A DNA stretch of 39,611 bases. Source: a virus. The notes under the pieces are model-generated. The model had not been told where the DNA came from. It saw nothing but the letters and a program-made list of their open reading frames with translations, and made no database searches. This document shows, piece by piece, positions 18,474 to 28,400 of the stretch (the first letter of the stretch is position 1; the number at the start of each line of letters is the position of its first letter). Both the position numbers and the translations under genes were made by a program. The stretch is from the UHGV virus genome UHGV-0179848. One strand, given 5' to 3'.

Positions 18474-18889
18474 GCGTGGGCCTTTTTCGCCTGTTTCGCT
18501 TTGTTACCGGTCTTTTTCCGGGGAGCATCCTGTCCGGCTTCGGCTTCGGCTTCGGCTTCGGCTTCGGCTTCGGCTTCGGCTTCGGCTTCGGCTTCGGCTT
18601 CGGCTTCGGCTAAATCTGTACCGGCCACTGCATGAACCACACCCGCCACGCTCCCCGCATCATCAGCAGGCGTCTGTAGTATTCGCACAGTGAGGCATGG
18701 CTCCGCCTCCAGTCGGGCAAGCTGCTCCGGGGTGACCTCAACCTGCTGACGTCCACGCGTGAACAGGAACCCCGCACGACGAAACGCCGAACGACTGCAA
18801 CGCACTTCTGCCAGCACCGTGACAGAATTGTCACCACTGACCTGAAGACCTGAATCATCTGTTGCTGCCACAGTGTGATGTTCATTCAT
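18470..18889 (-). CDS. Hypothetical head-region protein with (Ala-Glu)n repeat and Lys-rich C-terminus
   Basis: 139-aa ORF between major capsid and gp36-like genes; about 13 AE dipeptides encoded by a hexanucleotide microsatellite. Confidence 0.6.
   Translation of the reverse strand: MNEHHTVAATDDSGLQVSGDNSVTVLAEVRCSRSAFRRAGFLFTRGRQQVEVTPEQLARLEAEPCLTVRILQTPADDAGSVAGVVHAVAGTDLAEAEAEAEAEAEAEAEAEAEAEAEAGQDAPRKKTGNKAKQAKKAHA
18535..18610. repeat. Tandem hexanucleotide repeat (GGCTTC/GAAGCC), about 12.5 copies
   Basis: Perfect repeat directly visible; in frame within the 18470-18889 gene. Confidence 0.95.
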
Positions 18890-18932
18890 ATTTGCCCTCC
18901 GCAGGGGCCGGGCCGTAAACCCGGCTCACCGT

Positions 18933-19880
18933 TTACAGATAATCCGCGACAACCAGCTCCAGCTTGCCCTTCATCTCGTTAGAGACGGTTGCGTTTCCGT
19001 CTGCGAACAGTTCACGCTCCAGCAGCTGCACCGCCTGTTTTTCCAGCGAGGTGGGGACAACAATATGGGTGGGTTTGATGCCGAGTTTGCGGCCACCGTC
19101 AGCGGTAAATTCGCGCATGGCTGACCAGCCGTGCCACAGTGCATCCAGCGTCAGCGGTGACTGCATCATGTAGGCCATCTGCCAGAAGCCGTAGCCCACA
19201 TTGCGACGGGCGGAAGCACCGAACACAAATTCGTTATCGGTGAATGCGCGACCTTCATCGACTTTGGTCTGGGCAACCAGTTCAGCCTTACGGCGATCCT
19301 GATAAATCAGCGGTTTGATTGCGCGTGAACAGTCGAGCAGATACCAGGCAGGACCGCTGTAATCCGCCTGTGCACCGACAGAGCCGGTTTTTGCCACAAA
19401 CATATTGCTGACCATCTGCACATCCCCGGAGCCATCCACTTTGGGGTAAACAGGATGTTCGGTATCAAAGAAGTTCTGGCCGTCATAGCAGGCCGCATTA
19501 ATCCCGTCACGAAGAGCAGCAAAGACCAGTTCATCCGGTTGTGCCGCAGCAGCGCGCCCCATCTCCTGGAACAACGGGGAATAAATACCGAGGTTATCGT
19601 CTTCGAAGTCATCGCGGTTAATGGCGACGGTGCCTTCAAAGGTTTTGTTCACGATGGCATAGCCATAGGCCTTCATCTTCTCGATGACGCGGGAGCCGAT
19701 CCACTCACGGAACTGCGGGAACTGCCCCAGCCAGCCGTAGGTGTTGGATTTCGAGGTGGAGGGCACGGTCATCGCAATTTTTTTGTACTGCGACGGGGCC
19801 ATGGACATCCCGGCCTGAAAATCAGAACGGTAGCCCGTCATCAGGGCGGTGATCATCGCCGGTGTAATCGGGGTAGGCAT
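18933..19880 (-). CDS. Major capsid protein (Mu T / gp34-like)
   Basis: 315 aa, size and position as Mu T. Confidence 0.9.
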   Translation of the reverse strand: MPTPITPAMITALMTGYRSDFQAGMSMAPSQYKKIAMTVPSTSKSNTYGWLGQFPQFREWIGSRVIEKMKAYGYAIVNKTFEGTVAINRDDFEDDNLGIYSPLFQEMGRAAAAQPDELVFAALRDGINAACYDGQNFFDTEHPVYPKVDGSGDVQMVSNMFVAKTGSVGAQADYSGPAWYLLDCSRAIKPLIYQDRRKAELVAQTKVDEGRAFTDNEFVFGASARRNVGYGFWQMAYMMQSPLTLDALWHGWSAMREFTADGGRKLGIKPTHIVVPTSLEKQAVQLLERELFADGNATVSNEMKGKLELVVADYL

Positions 19881-21004
19881 TATTGCATTTCCTCTTTCAT
19901 TTTCAGGAATTCGGCTTCGGTTTTACCCAGAAGATGGGCGGCGGCGATATCTTCAGCCGACAGCGAGGCGGTGGCGGTCTTTTTATCCGGCACGGTCACG
20001 GTGTCGGTCTGAAGGCCGGTCAGGGCTGCAACCGGCTGTCGGGCGTCAAGCTGTGCAGAAAGTGCAGTAACACCAATCTGCCCACCCAGCTGTTCCAGAT
20101 AGCCGCGTTCGCTTTTGAAGATGCGCCCTTCGGACTCGGCCTTGTCCAGCACCTGCTCCAGAGTGGTGCTGCCGTGCTGTGCTGACAGCGCAACGTATTC
20201 GGTACGCAGGGCGTTATACGTTTCAACAGGCACATATTTCGTCAGATCAATACTGCCGCCAGCCGGTGTACCTTTTGCGGTTTCCAGCTCTGCCGACAGA
20301 CTGGCGACCTGTGTTTTCAGGTTGTCGTGTGCATCCGCACGGGTTTTGATCCCGGTGAGGGCAGACAGCGCCGCCGTGCCCAGCTCCGGCGTAAATTCGT
20401 CACCGTCAGCCACGGTCAGACCGAGCGCCGTCAGCAACTGGCGTAATTGCTCATTCATGGAGGTATCCTTTAAAGGAGGGTTTAAGGCGTTATAAAGGTC
20501 ATCCGCCGACAGCGCGGCGACAGGATTCATGCCGGTCAGACCGGGGTCACCGGTAATAGCCAGCATCCGAAGTTCGACAGGTTCGCCGGTGTTCTCGTCA
20601 TAGCCAATCACCGGTGAAAACCAGGGGAATTCGTTATTACGCAGATGTTCAAGGGCCGGAGGGTTCCACTTCGGGCGCACCTCGAAGCCACGCTCTTCAC
20701 TGAAGCGGAAGTTTTCCGGTGAAGCCGTCACAAAACCGGCAGCCGGTGCCTGATGCCCCTTAATCAGGGTCTGGTGGTTGTAGTCAATTTTTACCGGCTG
20801 ATTGAGCGCCACAACCCGGGATACCATGCGCTCAACGGTCGCACGGTTAATCAGCCAGCCTTCAGCCGGTTTTTCCGGGCGACCGTCACGGGCCTTTACC
20901 CGACCGGCTGGCATGATCTGACACCAGTCACCGTCCCCGTCTGCGGACAGGCTGATGGCATTCAGAATGGCATAAGCAAGTTTGGGCGTGTTTTTCGTCT
21001 TCAT
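19880..21004 (-). CDS. Head maturation protease/scaffold (Mu I / gp32-like)
   Basis: 374 aa immediately upstream of the major capsid gene. Confidence 0.8.
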   Translation of the reverse strand: MKTKNTPKLAYAILNAISLSADGDGDWCQIMPAGRVKARDGRPEKPAEGWLINRATVERMVSRVVALNQPVKIDYNHQTLIKGHQAPAAGFVTASPENFRFSEERGFEVRPKWNPPALEHLRNNEFPWFSPVIGYDENTGEPVELRMLAITGDPGLTGMNPVAALSADDLYNALNPPLKDTSMNEQLRQLLTALGLTVADGDEFTPELGTAALSALTGIKTRADAHDNLKTQVASLSAELETAKGTPAGGSIDLTKYVPVETYNALRTEYVALSAQHGSTTLEQVLDKAESEGRIFKSERGYLEQLGGQIGVTALSAQLDARQPVAALTGLQTDTVTVPDKKTATASLSAEDIAAAHLLGKTEAEFLKMKEEMQ

Positions 21005-21180
21005 TCCGGCAGCATAAGCCGGGAATTTTCAGGGCGGGTTTTGCGGGATTTCAGGAAGTGCTTCCAGGGGAAAAATACAAAGGCGCTTCACGCAGATTTT
21101 AAAGCCCGTTAAATACAGGTTAGAAAATCACGACACGCGCCTGAAGGGGGTAAGGTAATGCATTTGCATACCTTAAACAA
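21005..21180. promoter_or_regulatory. G-I intergenic region: candidate late promoter and possible central strong gyrase site
   Basis: Only sizeable non-coding gap in the head operon; near the prophage centre; contains imperfect palindrome AAGGTAATGCAtttTGCATACCTT (21152-21175). Confidence 0.3.
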
Positions 21181-21654
21181 TTAAGGCGTTTCTGTGGCCT
21201 TTTTAAAGCGTTTTCTGATTTCGGCCATGATCTCCTGCTCTGCCACCTGATCAAAGCCCATATACGGACGTGCACCAATGGCCGCCGGTCCAGGCGGCAT
21301 ACCTGGCAGGCCACCCCACTGATGAATGGCCGCATAAGGCTCATTTGATCCAATCAGCGCCCAGGTATCGCCATAATCCGTGGTCAGGCGTCGGGCCAGA
21401 TCGCCGTTCAGCGTCAGGATTTTGCCGGGCATGTATCCCTTACGGGTACGCCACTTGCGGTAAGGATCTGACCAGTCATGCCAGCGTTCGCCGTCCGGCT
21501 CTTTTTCCTGTTCAAACGCCATTTCTGAGGATGACAGAAGGCTGGACGCCACACTGCGGGCCAGGTCTTTTCCGCCCCCCACAAACTGAAGCCGGGCAAA
21601 CACCCGCTGGAGACGCGTAACGTCAACAACGACAGCGGCATCAATGGATGACAT
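21181..21654 (-). CDS. Virion morphogenesis protein (Mu G / gp31-like)
   Basis: 157 aa; synteny. Confidence 0.75.
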   Translation of the reverse strand: MSSIDAAVVVDVTRLQRVFARLQFVGGGKDLARSVASSLLSSSEMAFEQEKEPDGERWHDWSDPYRKWRTRKGYMPGKILTLNGDLARRLTTDYGDTWALIGSNEPYAAIHQWGGLPGMPPGPAAIGARPYMGFDQVAEQEIMAEIRKRFKKATETP

Positions 21655-21776
21655 ATTGCCTCCGTGAAACTACCTGGTTAAAATAAAAGCAGGTCGGTGT
21701 ACTCTTAACTGGTAAAGCGGCGCCTGATGGTTTTTTCCTGAGGGATGTTTATGCGGGTTCGACCCCCGCCACCGAC

Positions 21777-23102
21777 CTACAATTCACCCTCCAGTAATTC
21801 CAGCTTTCCACCGCGCAGATCATCAAGTAATGCCTCCTTTTTGACTCTGTAGGCATTAATCACCACATCCAGCTTATCCGGCTGACGTTTCACACTATAA
21901 GGCGCATTGACGGCAATCTTTGCCGTTCCGTCACGGGTTTCAGTGATGTAAAGCAGATTCTGATGGACATGATCCCACAGCACGGCATCAGGCGCGGCTA
22001 GCATTGCCGGTAATCGCCCGAAATCCTCCGGCGTCAGGGCAATGCCGTCATTCTGATGTTTCACGCTGTCCGCATGGAGCACATTTTTACCGCTCATCGC
22101 CAGCAGGCGGGCCGGTGGCGTTCCCGTCCGGCTTTCCACCGCCTGCGCAATACTTTCGGTCATAAAGCCCAGCGTGCGGATATCGTGACCACCTCGCCGG
22201 GTCTTCATGATGTTTTTTGCCCAGATGCGGAACGCCAGCTGCCGCTCCGGGCTGTTGTTCATCTCCTGAACCACCATTTCCCGTAACGCCGGGCTTTTCA
22301 CCTCGATCAGTTTACGGATCAGCGCCTGGTCTGTGCCGAACGCCGCCGAACCGGGGTTATATGACCAGCCCACATCCGGTGTCATGGTTCTGGTGCCATC
22401 TGAATATGTGGTCACCGGCATTTCTCTGACTTCTCCGGTCTGCTTATCCACGCCAGCCTCAACATTGCGGGTGGAGAGATGATCCTGACCGGATGAAACG
22501 GATAACCCCATTGCATCCAGACGGGCCTGAGATAATGGCCGGACACGGCAGCGGCAGTTCCAGCCATTGGGCGGGTAGTGTGTATTCCAGAACGGATCGT
22601 CATAGCGGAATACCAGCCCGTTAAAGGCGGAATGTGCCGGGCGGGTGCGGCTGTCCATCACCGCCACATACTGCCAGAACGGATGCGTGTCCGTGTTGTT
22701 CATCATCTGCGTGTAACGCCCGGCATTGTAAGCCACACGGGTGTTCACGTTGTAAATCAGCGCCAGACGGCGGGGACTGCCCAGCTGCACTTCTTCCGCG
22801 TTACCGGCACTGTCCACCACAATCTGTTTTCCCCACCATCCCAGCTTTTGCAGGCGGGGTGTCAGCGTGCGAATAAATGCTTTCTGTGAAATCCCCTCAT
22901 CAACAGCACGCTGCACTTCCGCCTGTAGTGTGGTCAGTACGTCCAGGCGTGCCACTTTTGCCGCCGTGAATGAACGGGCATGAACATCCGCGTCTGTTTC
23001 GAACCAGTTCCAGCTGATATGCGCCCCTTTGGCGCGGAAGTATGCCACCGCCTCTTTTGAGGGAAGCGTGGCGGCATAACCCAGATCAATCCCCTGTGCC
23101 AT
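21777..23102 (-). CDS. Head morphogenesis protein (Mu F / gp30-like)
   Basis: 441 aa downstream of portal. Confidence 0.8.
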   Translation of the reverse strand: MAQGIDLGYAATLPSKEAVAYFRAKGAHISWNWFETDADVHARSFTAAKVARLDVLTTLQAEVQRAVDEGISQKAFIRTLTPRLQKLGWWGKQIVVDSAGNAEEVQLGSPRRLALIYNVNTRVAYNAGRYTQMMNNTDTHPFWQYVAVMDSRTRPAHSAFNGLVFRYDDPFWNTHYPPNGWNCRCRVRPLSQARLDAMGLSVSSGQDHLSTRNVEAGVDKQTGEVREMPVTTYSDGTRTMTPDVGWSYNPGSAAFGTDQALIRKLIEVKSPALREMVVQEMNNSPERQLAFRIWAKNIMKTRRGGHDIRTLGFMTESIAQAVESRTGTPPARLLAMSGKNVLHADSVKHQNDGIALTPEDFGRLPAMLAAPDAVLWDHVHQNLLYITETRDGTAKIAVNAPYSVKRQPDKLDVVINAYRVKKEALLDDLRGGKLELLEGEL

Positions 23103-24684
23103 CCAGCATCCCCTTCATTTCCGCAGCAAACATGGCATCACTGAGCAGCGTCATCAGGCGGGAATCATCCATTTCACGGTAAAGGGCGGGCAGGTCTGCC
23201 AGCGCATCCGCCAGCCCCCGCGTTCTGATGGCATCAATGACCGGCTCCAGTAGCGGGTCGATGGCCTCCTGTAACCGGCGGGCAGGCACCGCATCCCCCA
23301 TGTCGTCCAGTTCATCACGGGGGCTGCTTTTCGCTTCCGGCACTCGGGCTGACAGCGCCGTCTGCTCTGTCTTTTCCTGTGTTTCCGGTGGTATTTCCCT
23401 GTCAGTCTGAGTCGGTTCATTGCCACTCTGACGGACACGGAAGATGGCTTCGCCGGGCGTGGGCTGCGGAATACCCGTCTGCTCACGTATCCAGGGATCA
23501 GAAATATCCATCCCCGTACTGAGCTGCATCACCGCACTGGTGATTTTGGTGATATCCCCCGGTTCTTTTGTCTGGAAGCAGATACGTGGCAGACGGCGGA
23601 TATCAATAGTGTGCGTGGTGTTCAGGGCGTACAGCGGATACACCAGATCGCGGTTCAGCGTGGCAGCCAGCTGACGTAAATCAGAATCCCTGATTTCCCG
23701 GCGCACCTCGTTATGCACTTCACCCAGCGAGCGCGCGCCTTTGTCTCCGGCTTCCGTGGTCAGCGTGCCGCCGAGGATAGCTTTGGAGATGGAACGCTCC
23801 CCCCACGAAATCATGGTTTCAAACGGATCGGCCTGACCGTTCGCTGCCGCCTGAAACTCCAGCGACATCCCGGCCGGGATGATCCCGCCTGTACGTCGCC
23901 CGATATCCATCACCGCCCGCATCAGGGCGCTTTTCTGCTCCGGTGTTGCCCCGGACGGGTATTTACCGACCTTCATCGGCAGGCCGTACACTTCCAGAAA
24001 TTCAGCCAGATCGCGCACGGAATAGTTTTTGAAAATGAACGGCCAGATAAGCGTTCTGACAAGCCCCGTTGCGCCGCCGTAACCGGTGCGTGAACGTGAC
24101 TGATGCACTATCCAGCCAAAGGGCTGAAACGCCACCCCGGCATGGCTGCCGTCACGCAGCCGCAGTTCGCTCAAATCATCCGGGTTAAGGCAGAAATGCC
24201 CGCTGTCACGCCAGCGGATGGCGCGGATGATGTGCATTTTACCGAGCATCCCGTGCTCAATCTCCATACAGGAATAGCCCTTCAGGATGGCATCGGTGGC
24301 ATCAAACAGCATGGCATCAAACCAGTCGGCGGAATGCAGATATTCGTCGAGCATTTCCGCGTCCTTTTTCTCATTCGCGCTGGCGTTCGGTGGCGGCTCA
24401 ATGCTCCATGGCACCCCCTGAATGGCAAGACGTCGCTTGCCCAGCTCCGCAAAAAGGTGGGTGTCCTTTTCTTCAATGTCAGCCGCCAGATCGGACTGGG
24501 CAATCAGATCGCCACGTTCAGCCCCGCGAAGGCACTGCGCCGCCCGGTTCGGGGTGATACCCGAGGCGGGATGCTCAACATAACGGCTGGCAATCTGCGG
24601 AATATCCAGCGCGGTACTTTGCATCTCCGGGTCAAAGGAGAAAGGTTTTCCGTCAAGATCAATTATGCGTCCCACTACCAGCAC
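23086..24684 (-). CDS. Portal protein (Mu gp29-like)
   Basis: 532 aa directly downstream of terminase large subunit. Confidence 0.85.
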   Translation of the reverse strand: MLVVGRIIDLDGKPFSFDPEMQSTALDIPQIASRYVEHPASGITPNRAAQCLRGAERGDLIAQSDLAADIEEKDTHLFAELGKRRLAIQGVPWSIEPPPNASANEKKDAEMLDEYLHSADWFDAMLFDATDAILKGYSCMEIEHGMLGKMHIIRAIRWRDSGHFCLNPDDLSELRLRDGSHAGVAFQPFGWIVHQSRSRTGYGGATGLVRTLIWPFIFKNYSVRDLAEFLEVYGLPMKVGKYPSGATPEQKSALMRAVMDIGRRTGGIIPAGMSLEFQAAANGQADPFETMISWGERSISKAILGGTLTTEAGDKGARSLGEVHNEVRREIRDSDLRQLAATLNRDLVYPLYALNTTHTIDIRRLPRICFQTKEPGDITKITSAVMQLSTGMDISDPWIREQTGIPQPTPGEAIFRVRQSGNEPTQTDREIPPETQEKTEQTALSARVPEAKSSPRDELDDMGDAVPARRLQEAIDPLLEPVIDAIRTRGLADALADLPALYREMDDSRLMTLLSDAMFAAEMKGMLDGTGD

Positions 24685-26339
24685 CCCCGATCAAATTCAT
24701 GATATGCCTCATCGTCATCACGATAACCGCCCTCCATTGCCCGCGACCGCTCCGGCAGCGCCTGACAGGCTGATTCATCCAGGATGAAACCCTCCATGTA
24801 TGACGCCCGGTTTGCCATACAGAGTGCCACGGCAAAATCACCATGGCGGCGGGCGTTCGCAGCCGTTGCGTTCTGGTCCTTCGTGCGCCCCTTGTCGATT
24901 TGCGGGATACCATTCACCACCTTCACATGGCGCAAATCATCAAGCGTGGTCTGATGGCGGGCGACGAGGATATTCTGATCTTCAAACTCGGCTTTCAGTT
25001 TTGGCATCCACTCGCCGTACCACTTCGGCGACAACATCACGCAGTCGATGATGTCCGGGCCAAAGGCCAGCAGCGCGGCTTCTGCCAGATAGCCGCCGTT
25101 ACCGGTGGCGTCAAACGCTGCACCAACCAGGGCCGGAACGCGGGTCAGGATGTACATCATCACCTGCTCCTGCTGGGCATACGGCAAGTTGCGCAGCTCC
25201 ACGCGAAACACCTCACGTTTTGCCAGGGATTCGGTGATTTCCAGCAGCACAAAGCAGGAGAGGTCACCGGTGCGGGCAAAGTCTTCCCCGAAGCTGAAGC
25301 GGGAACGGGGATTTAACGCCTCTAAAAGCGGTTTTAAATGTTCTTCACACCAGGTTAAAACTTCCGATTCACGCAGCCATGCGGCACGGCTGATGAAGTC
25401 GTCCGGGGCTTCAAACGTCAGAATCGGGATGTCGCGGATCATCGCCATTTCAATAAGTGCGTGAGGAATATAGGCACCGCCGGATTTTTTCGGGATACAG
25501 CCGTATTCCTCGTCGGCATCCTCACGGGTCGGGGCGTTTTTGTAGAGATCATCACGCCACTTCTGCTCGCTTTCCGGTGACCATTCGCGGCCGGTGACAT
25601 AACAGATACGACGGTACAGCCCGTCCGCAATGGCATCATCCAGGGTTATGCGGTGGACGCTGTAATCCTTGCGTCCCTCGCGGGCTTCCTGAATGTACTG
25701 ATTAAACAGATTATCGACGCCGTTATGCGTGGAGATAATACGCACGCGCGCGCCCCACATGGTAAGCGCCATTGCCGCCTTGAGAAGCTCATCCAGTGAC
25801 TCGTGGAACGCGGCTTCATCAATCACCACATCTCCCTGAAGGCCGCGCAGGTTTGACGGACGGGAAGACAGTGCCTGAATTTTGAATCCACTGTTCGGAA
25901 AGCGGATCATGTAGGTCAGAATTTCTTCTTTTTTATCCCGATCCCAGAAGGTCTGCTCATACACATCAGCATCTGCCAGCTGGTTAAAGGCACGGGAGAA
26001 CAGGGCGCAGGCAGAAATATATTCCAGCGCCATCTCCTGCTTTGACCCCACATAAAACACATTGCGGCCACCGCGCCGCTTCGGTTTTGCAGCGGTAATG
26101 ACGTTACGCCCGGCTTCCGCCCAGGTAAGCCCGGTACGGCGGGATTTTTCCGCGATGCAGACCTCGCTTTCATCCTCAAACCAGCGGGCCTGATAATCCA
26201 GAAACACCGGCATATCACCGGGCAAATCAAGGCTGTCCGGCACATCCACGCCCAGCAGGGCTTTTTCACCGGCCAGATCAATTTTGCGGGTGGAGACGGT
26301 ATTCGTCAGTAAGGGTGAGAGTTCTTCGGCGTTATTCAT
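24675..26339 (-). CDS. Terminase large subunit (Mu gp28-like)
   Basis: 554 aa; size and position as in Mu. Confidence 0.85.
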   Translation of the reverse strand: MNNAEELSPLLTNTVSTRKIDLAGEKALLGVDVPDSLDLPGDMPVFLDYQARWFEDESEVCIAEKSRRTGLTWAEAGRNVITAAKPKRRGGRNVFYVGSKQEMALEYISACALFSRAFNQLADADVYEQTFWDRDKKEEILTYMIRFPNSGFKIQALSSRPSNLRGLQGDVVIDEAAFHESLDELLKAAMALTMWGARVRIISTHNGVDNLFNQYIQEAREGRKDYSVHRITLDDAIADGLYRRICYVTGREWSPESEQKWRDDLYKNAPTREDADEEYGCIPKKSGGAYIPHALIEMAMIRDIPILTFEAPDDFISRAAWLRESEVLTWCEEHLKPLLEALNPRSRFSFGEDFARTGDLSCFVLLEITESLAKREVFRVELRNLPYAQQEQVMMYILTRVPALVGAAFDATGNGGYLAEAALLAFGPDIIDCVMLSPKWYGEWMPKLKAEFEDQNILVARHQTTLDDLRHVKVVNGIPQIDKGRTKDQNATAANARRHGDFAVALCMANRASYMEGFILDESACQALPERSRAMEGGYRDDDEAYHEFDRGCW

Positions 26340-26920
26340 CAGGCTTTACCCAACAGAATCCCCTTAATACGGGACTCAAGCTGTTCACTCATCCCGTCCA
26401 CGCCGCGCAGCTCGTCGGTGACCGCGTTTGCCATCTCTTCAGCAAATGCGGCCCGGATTTCTTTTTCACGCTTAATGCTGCGCTCGGCGGCACTTTCCGC
26501 ACGCTGTGCCGACAGGAGGATGTCCTTAATAAGACGCATATCCACGTCGCTGTCACTGTTCAGGGATTCGGTCGCGGCACGCAGACGGCGGTACATCAGG
26601 GCACGGGACATCTCCAGAATCAGCGCCGTAGTTTCACCGGTCGGCTTATCCCCCAGCTCAGCCATCATGGCTTTTGTCTGCTCGCGCAAATCACGCAGAT
26701 TGCGGGCAATCAGCTCATTACGGGAGGCTTCCCGGCTGATGGCCGCCGGTGAAAGCTGCTGCTCTTCCGGCAGGCCTGCCTCGCGGATCAGACGGTTGAT
26801 TTCCTCGCGGATCTGGACCTGCGTCAGACGTTTTTCACGCAGCATTTCCAGCAGCGGCTTACGGATGCTGTCGGGGAGCAAATCCACCTTGCGCACGCGG
26901 CCACGCGTCGGCTTGTCCAT
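26339..26920 (-). CDS. Terminase small subunit-like protein (Mu gp27-like)
   Basis: 193-aa charged, helical protein immediately upstream of the large terminase. Confidence 0.65.
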   Translation of the reverse strand: MDKPTRGRVRKVDLLPDSIRKPLLEMLREKRLTQVQIREEINRLIREAGLPEEQQLSPAAISREASRNELIARNLRDLREQTKAMMAELGDKPTGETTALILEMSRALMYRRLRAATESLNSDSDVDMRLIKDILLSAQRAESAAERSIKREKEIRAAFAEEMANAVTDELRGVDGMSEQLESRIKGILLGKA

Positions 26921-26922
26921 CG

Positions 26923-27213
26923 TTACCCCCTTGCGCGTGGTTTCTTCACGCCCGGAACACTGGCGCGGCCTTCCGCCACATCCTGCCCCCGGCCGGTCAG
27001 CTCTGCGATGAAATAACCGTTAATCAGAACGCGTTTGCGCACCAGTCCCTGTTCGGCAAGCCAGGCAATGTGGGTGTGAACGGTGTCGCGGGACACGCGG
27101 TGACCGTAATCATCCAGACAGTCCTGGAGCACGGATTCACCCAGTTCACCGTTGTAATCTGCCAGCGACCGCAGAATGACCAGACGCTGATCTTCAGTAA
27201 TGAAATCACTCAT
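26923..27213 (-). CDS. Hypothetical protein (Mu gp26 position), possible winged-helix fold
   Basis: 96-aa ORF, coupled to neighbours. Confidence 0.45.
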   Translation of the reverse strand: MSDFITEDQRLVILRSLADYNGELGESVLQDCLDDYGHRVSRDTVHTHIAWLAEQGLVRKRVLINGYFIAELTGRGQDVAEGRASVPGVKKPRARG

Positions 27214-27518
27214 TGCGTTTTTTTCCTTACAGCCTGCTCCAGCAGCAGTTCGTTCTGATAGGAGACAGAGCGGAGCGTGGCGTTCGTGGTTTTCAGTTCA
27301 CCCCGCAGGGTCACGATTTCCACATTCAGACGGTTGACCTCGGCTTCTGTCGGCAGTGACGACAGGCGGGTTTCCACCTTCTCAACGCGGTCGGAGAGTT
27401 TTTCAAAGGCCTCGCGGGGGACAAACGTTTTGCGCATCAGCGCCATGAATATCCCGCCAGCGGTTGCCGTCGCCGAAAGGATCGGCACAACATAATCTTT
27501 AACGATGCTGACCCACAT
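27210..27518 (-). CDS. Small membrane-anchored coiled-coil protein (Mu gp25 position)
   Basis: N-terminal TM segment VVPILSATATAGGIFMALM then coiled-coil; lies in the lysis cassette. Confidence 0.45.
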   Translation of the reverse strand: MWVSIVKDYVVPILSATATAGGIFMALMRKTFVPREAFEKLSDRVEKVETRLSSLPTEAEVNRLNVEIVTLRGELKTTNATLRSVSYQNELLLEQAVRKKTQ

Positions 27519-27726
27519 GACGGGCCTCCATGATGTTCTGGCAGTTCACACAACGGATGGCATCCGGCACAGCAACAAGACGTGCGGCGGGGATCTCTCC
27601 GCCACAGTCTGCGCAGACACGTCTGCCCGGAGCATCCATTGCCCGGCACTTACGTGTCAGCCGGTTACAAAGGGCGCGTTCTGATCCCCGCTCCATCACA
27701 GCCTGAGCACGATCTGAATCATCCAT
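27499..27726 (-). CDS. TraR/DksA-family C4 zinc-finger protein
   Basis: CADCGGEIPAARLVAVPDAIRCVNCQ shows the C-x2-C...C-x2-C arrangement typical of phage TraR proteins. Confidence 0.75.
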   Translation of the reverse strand: MDDSDRAQAVMERGSERALCNRLTRKCRAMDAPGRRVCADCGGEIPAARLVAVPDAIRCVNCQNIMEARHVGQHR

Positions 27727-27735
27727 AGCTTTTCC

Positions 27736-28107
27736 TTACTTCGTCTTTCCTGCCGGAACAGCAGGCGTTCCGGCCATATCAGTAAATTCATGTTGTCGCC
27801 GCGCCTCCAGACGACGAATACTGGCCTTGTCCACGTTGCAGTTCTTGATCACCGCCAGCAGTTGCAGGTTGTAAGTGACCGATGCCCCAAACGTGAACGG
27901 CTCCGGCGCAGGAGGCACCAGGCAGTCAGCCAGCCATTCAGCGGGGATCGGCACCGGCTTCACAGGCACGTATTTCACAGACGGCCCGGCGCACCCGATC
28001 AGCCACATCATCAGGAACAGGGGCAGAGGCCGCAGGCACTGCTGCCAGCGACCGGCGGACAACGCTCTGCTGCCCCTCGCTGTGCTGAATGTTCTGTTGT
28101 TTTTCAT
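27736..28107 (-). CDS. o-spanin (Rz1-like outer-membrane lipoprotein), candidate
   Basis: Hydrophobic signal ending in lipobox-like LIGC then proline-rich PVKPVPIPAEWLADCLVPPAPEP; start codon uncertain; overlaps i-spanin in another frame. Confidence 0.5.
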   Translation of the reverse strand: MKNNRTFSTARGSRALSAGRWQQCLRPLPLFLMMWLIGCAGPSVKYVPVKPVPIPAEWLADCLVPPAPEPFTFGASVTYNLQLLAVIKNCNVDKASIRRLEARRQHEFTDMAGTPAVPAGKTK

Positions 28108-28288
28108 TCGTGGCCGCCTCACTGATTTGTGAAATGAGTTGCAGGGTGCGTTGCTGGTTTGCCAGCACCAGACGGGCTTCGTCCCGTTCGCGCACAAGCA
28201 CATGATTATTGTCCTCAAGGCGCTGCGTCTTCTGGTGCATTCCCCATACCACGGCAGCCAGCACGCTCATCACCCCCAGCGCCGCCAT
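27938..28288 (-). CDS. i-spanin (Rz-like), candidate
   Basis: N-terminal TM MAALGVMSVLAAVVWGM then charged coiled-coil region; start taken at internal Met of the 27938-28459 ORF (alternative start 28438). Confidence 0.45.
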   Translation of the reverse strand: MAALGVMSVLAAVVWGMHQKTQRLEDNNHVLVRERDEARLVLANQQRTLQLISQISEAATNEKQQNIQHSEGQQSVVRRSLAAVPAASAPVPDDVADRVRRAVCEIRACEAGADPR

Positions 28289-28400
28289 ACAGCCTCCGGC
28301 AATCAGGGCCGGTAAGGGATTATTCACCGCAGCCACAGCACACCCCGCAGCAGCACAACGGCACACAGCAGCGCAATCATGAGCGGTCGCCAGAAGCGGT

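Noticed and set aside
18535-18610. Tandem repeat considered as a possible CRISPR array
   Set aside because: 6-bp unit with no spacers, in frame inside a gene; it is a coding microsatellite
18890-18932. GC-rich stem-loop (GCCGGG...CCCGGC) between major capsid and the downstream gene
   Set aside because: No U-tract on the transcribed strand, so not a convincing intrinsic terminator; could still be an attenuator but unsupported
24103-24702. 199-aa plus-strand ORF inside the portal gene
   Set aside because: Shadow ORF antisense to the portal gene
26418-27011. 197-aa plus-strand ORF across the gp27-like and gp26-like genes
   Set aside because: Ser/Arg-rich antisense translation; no independent support
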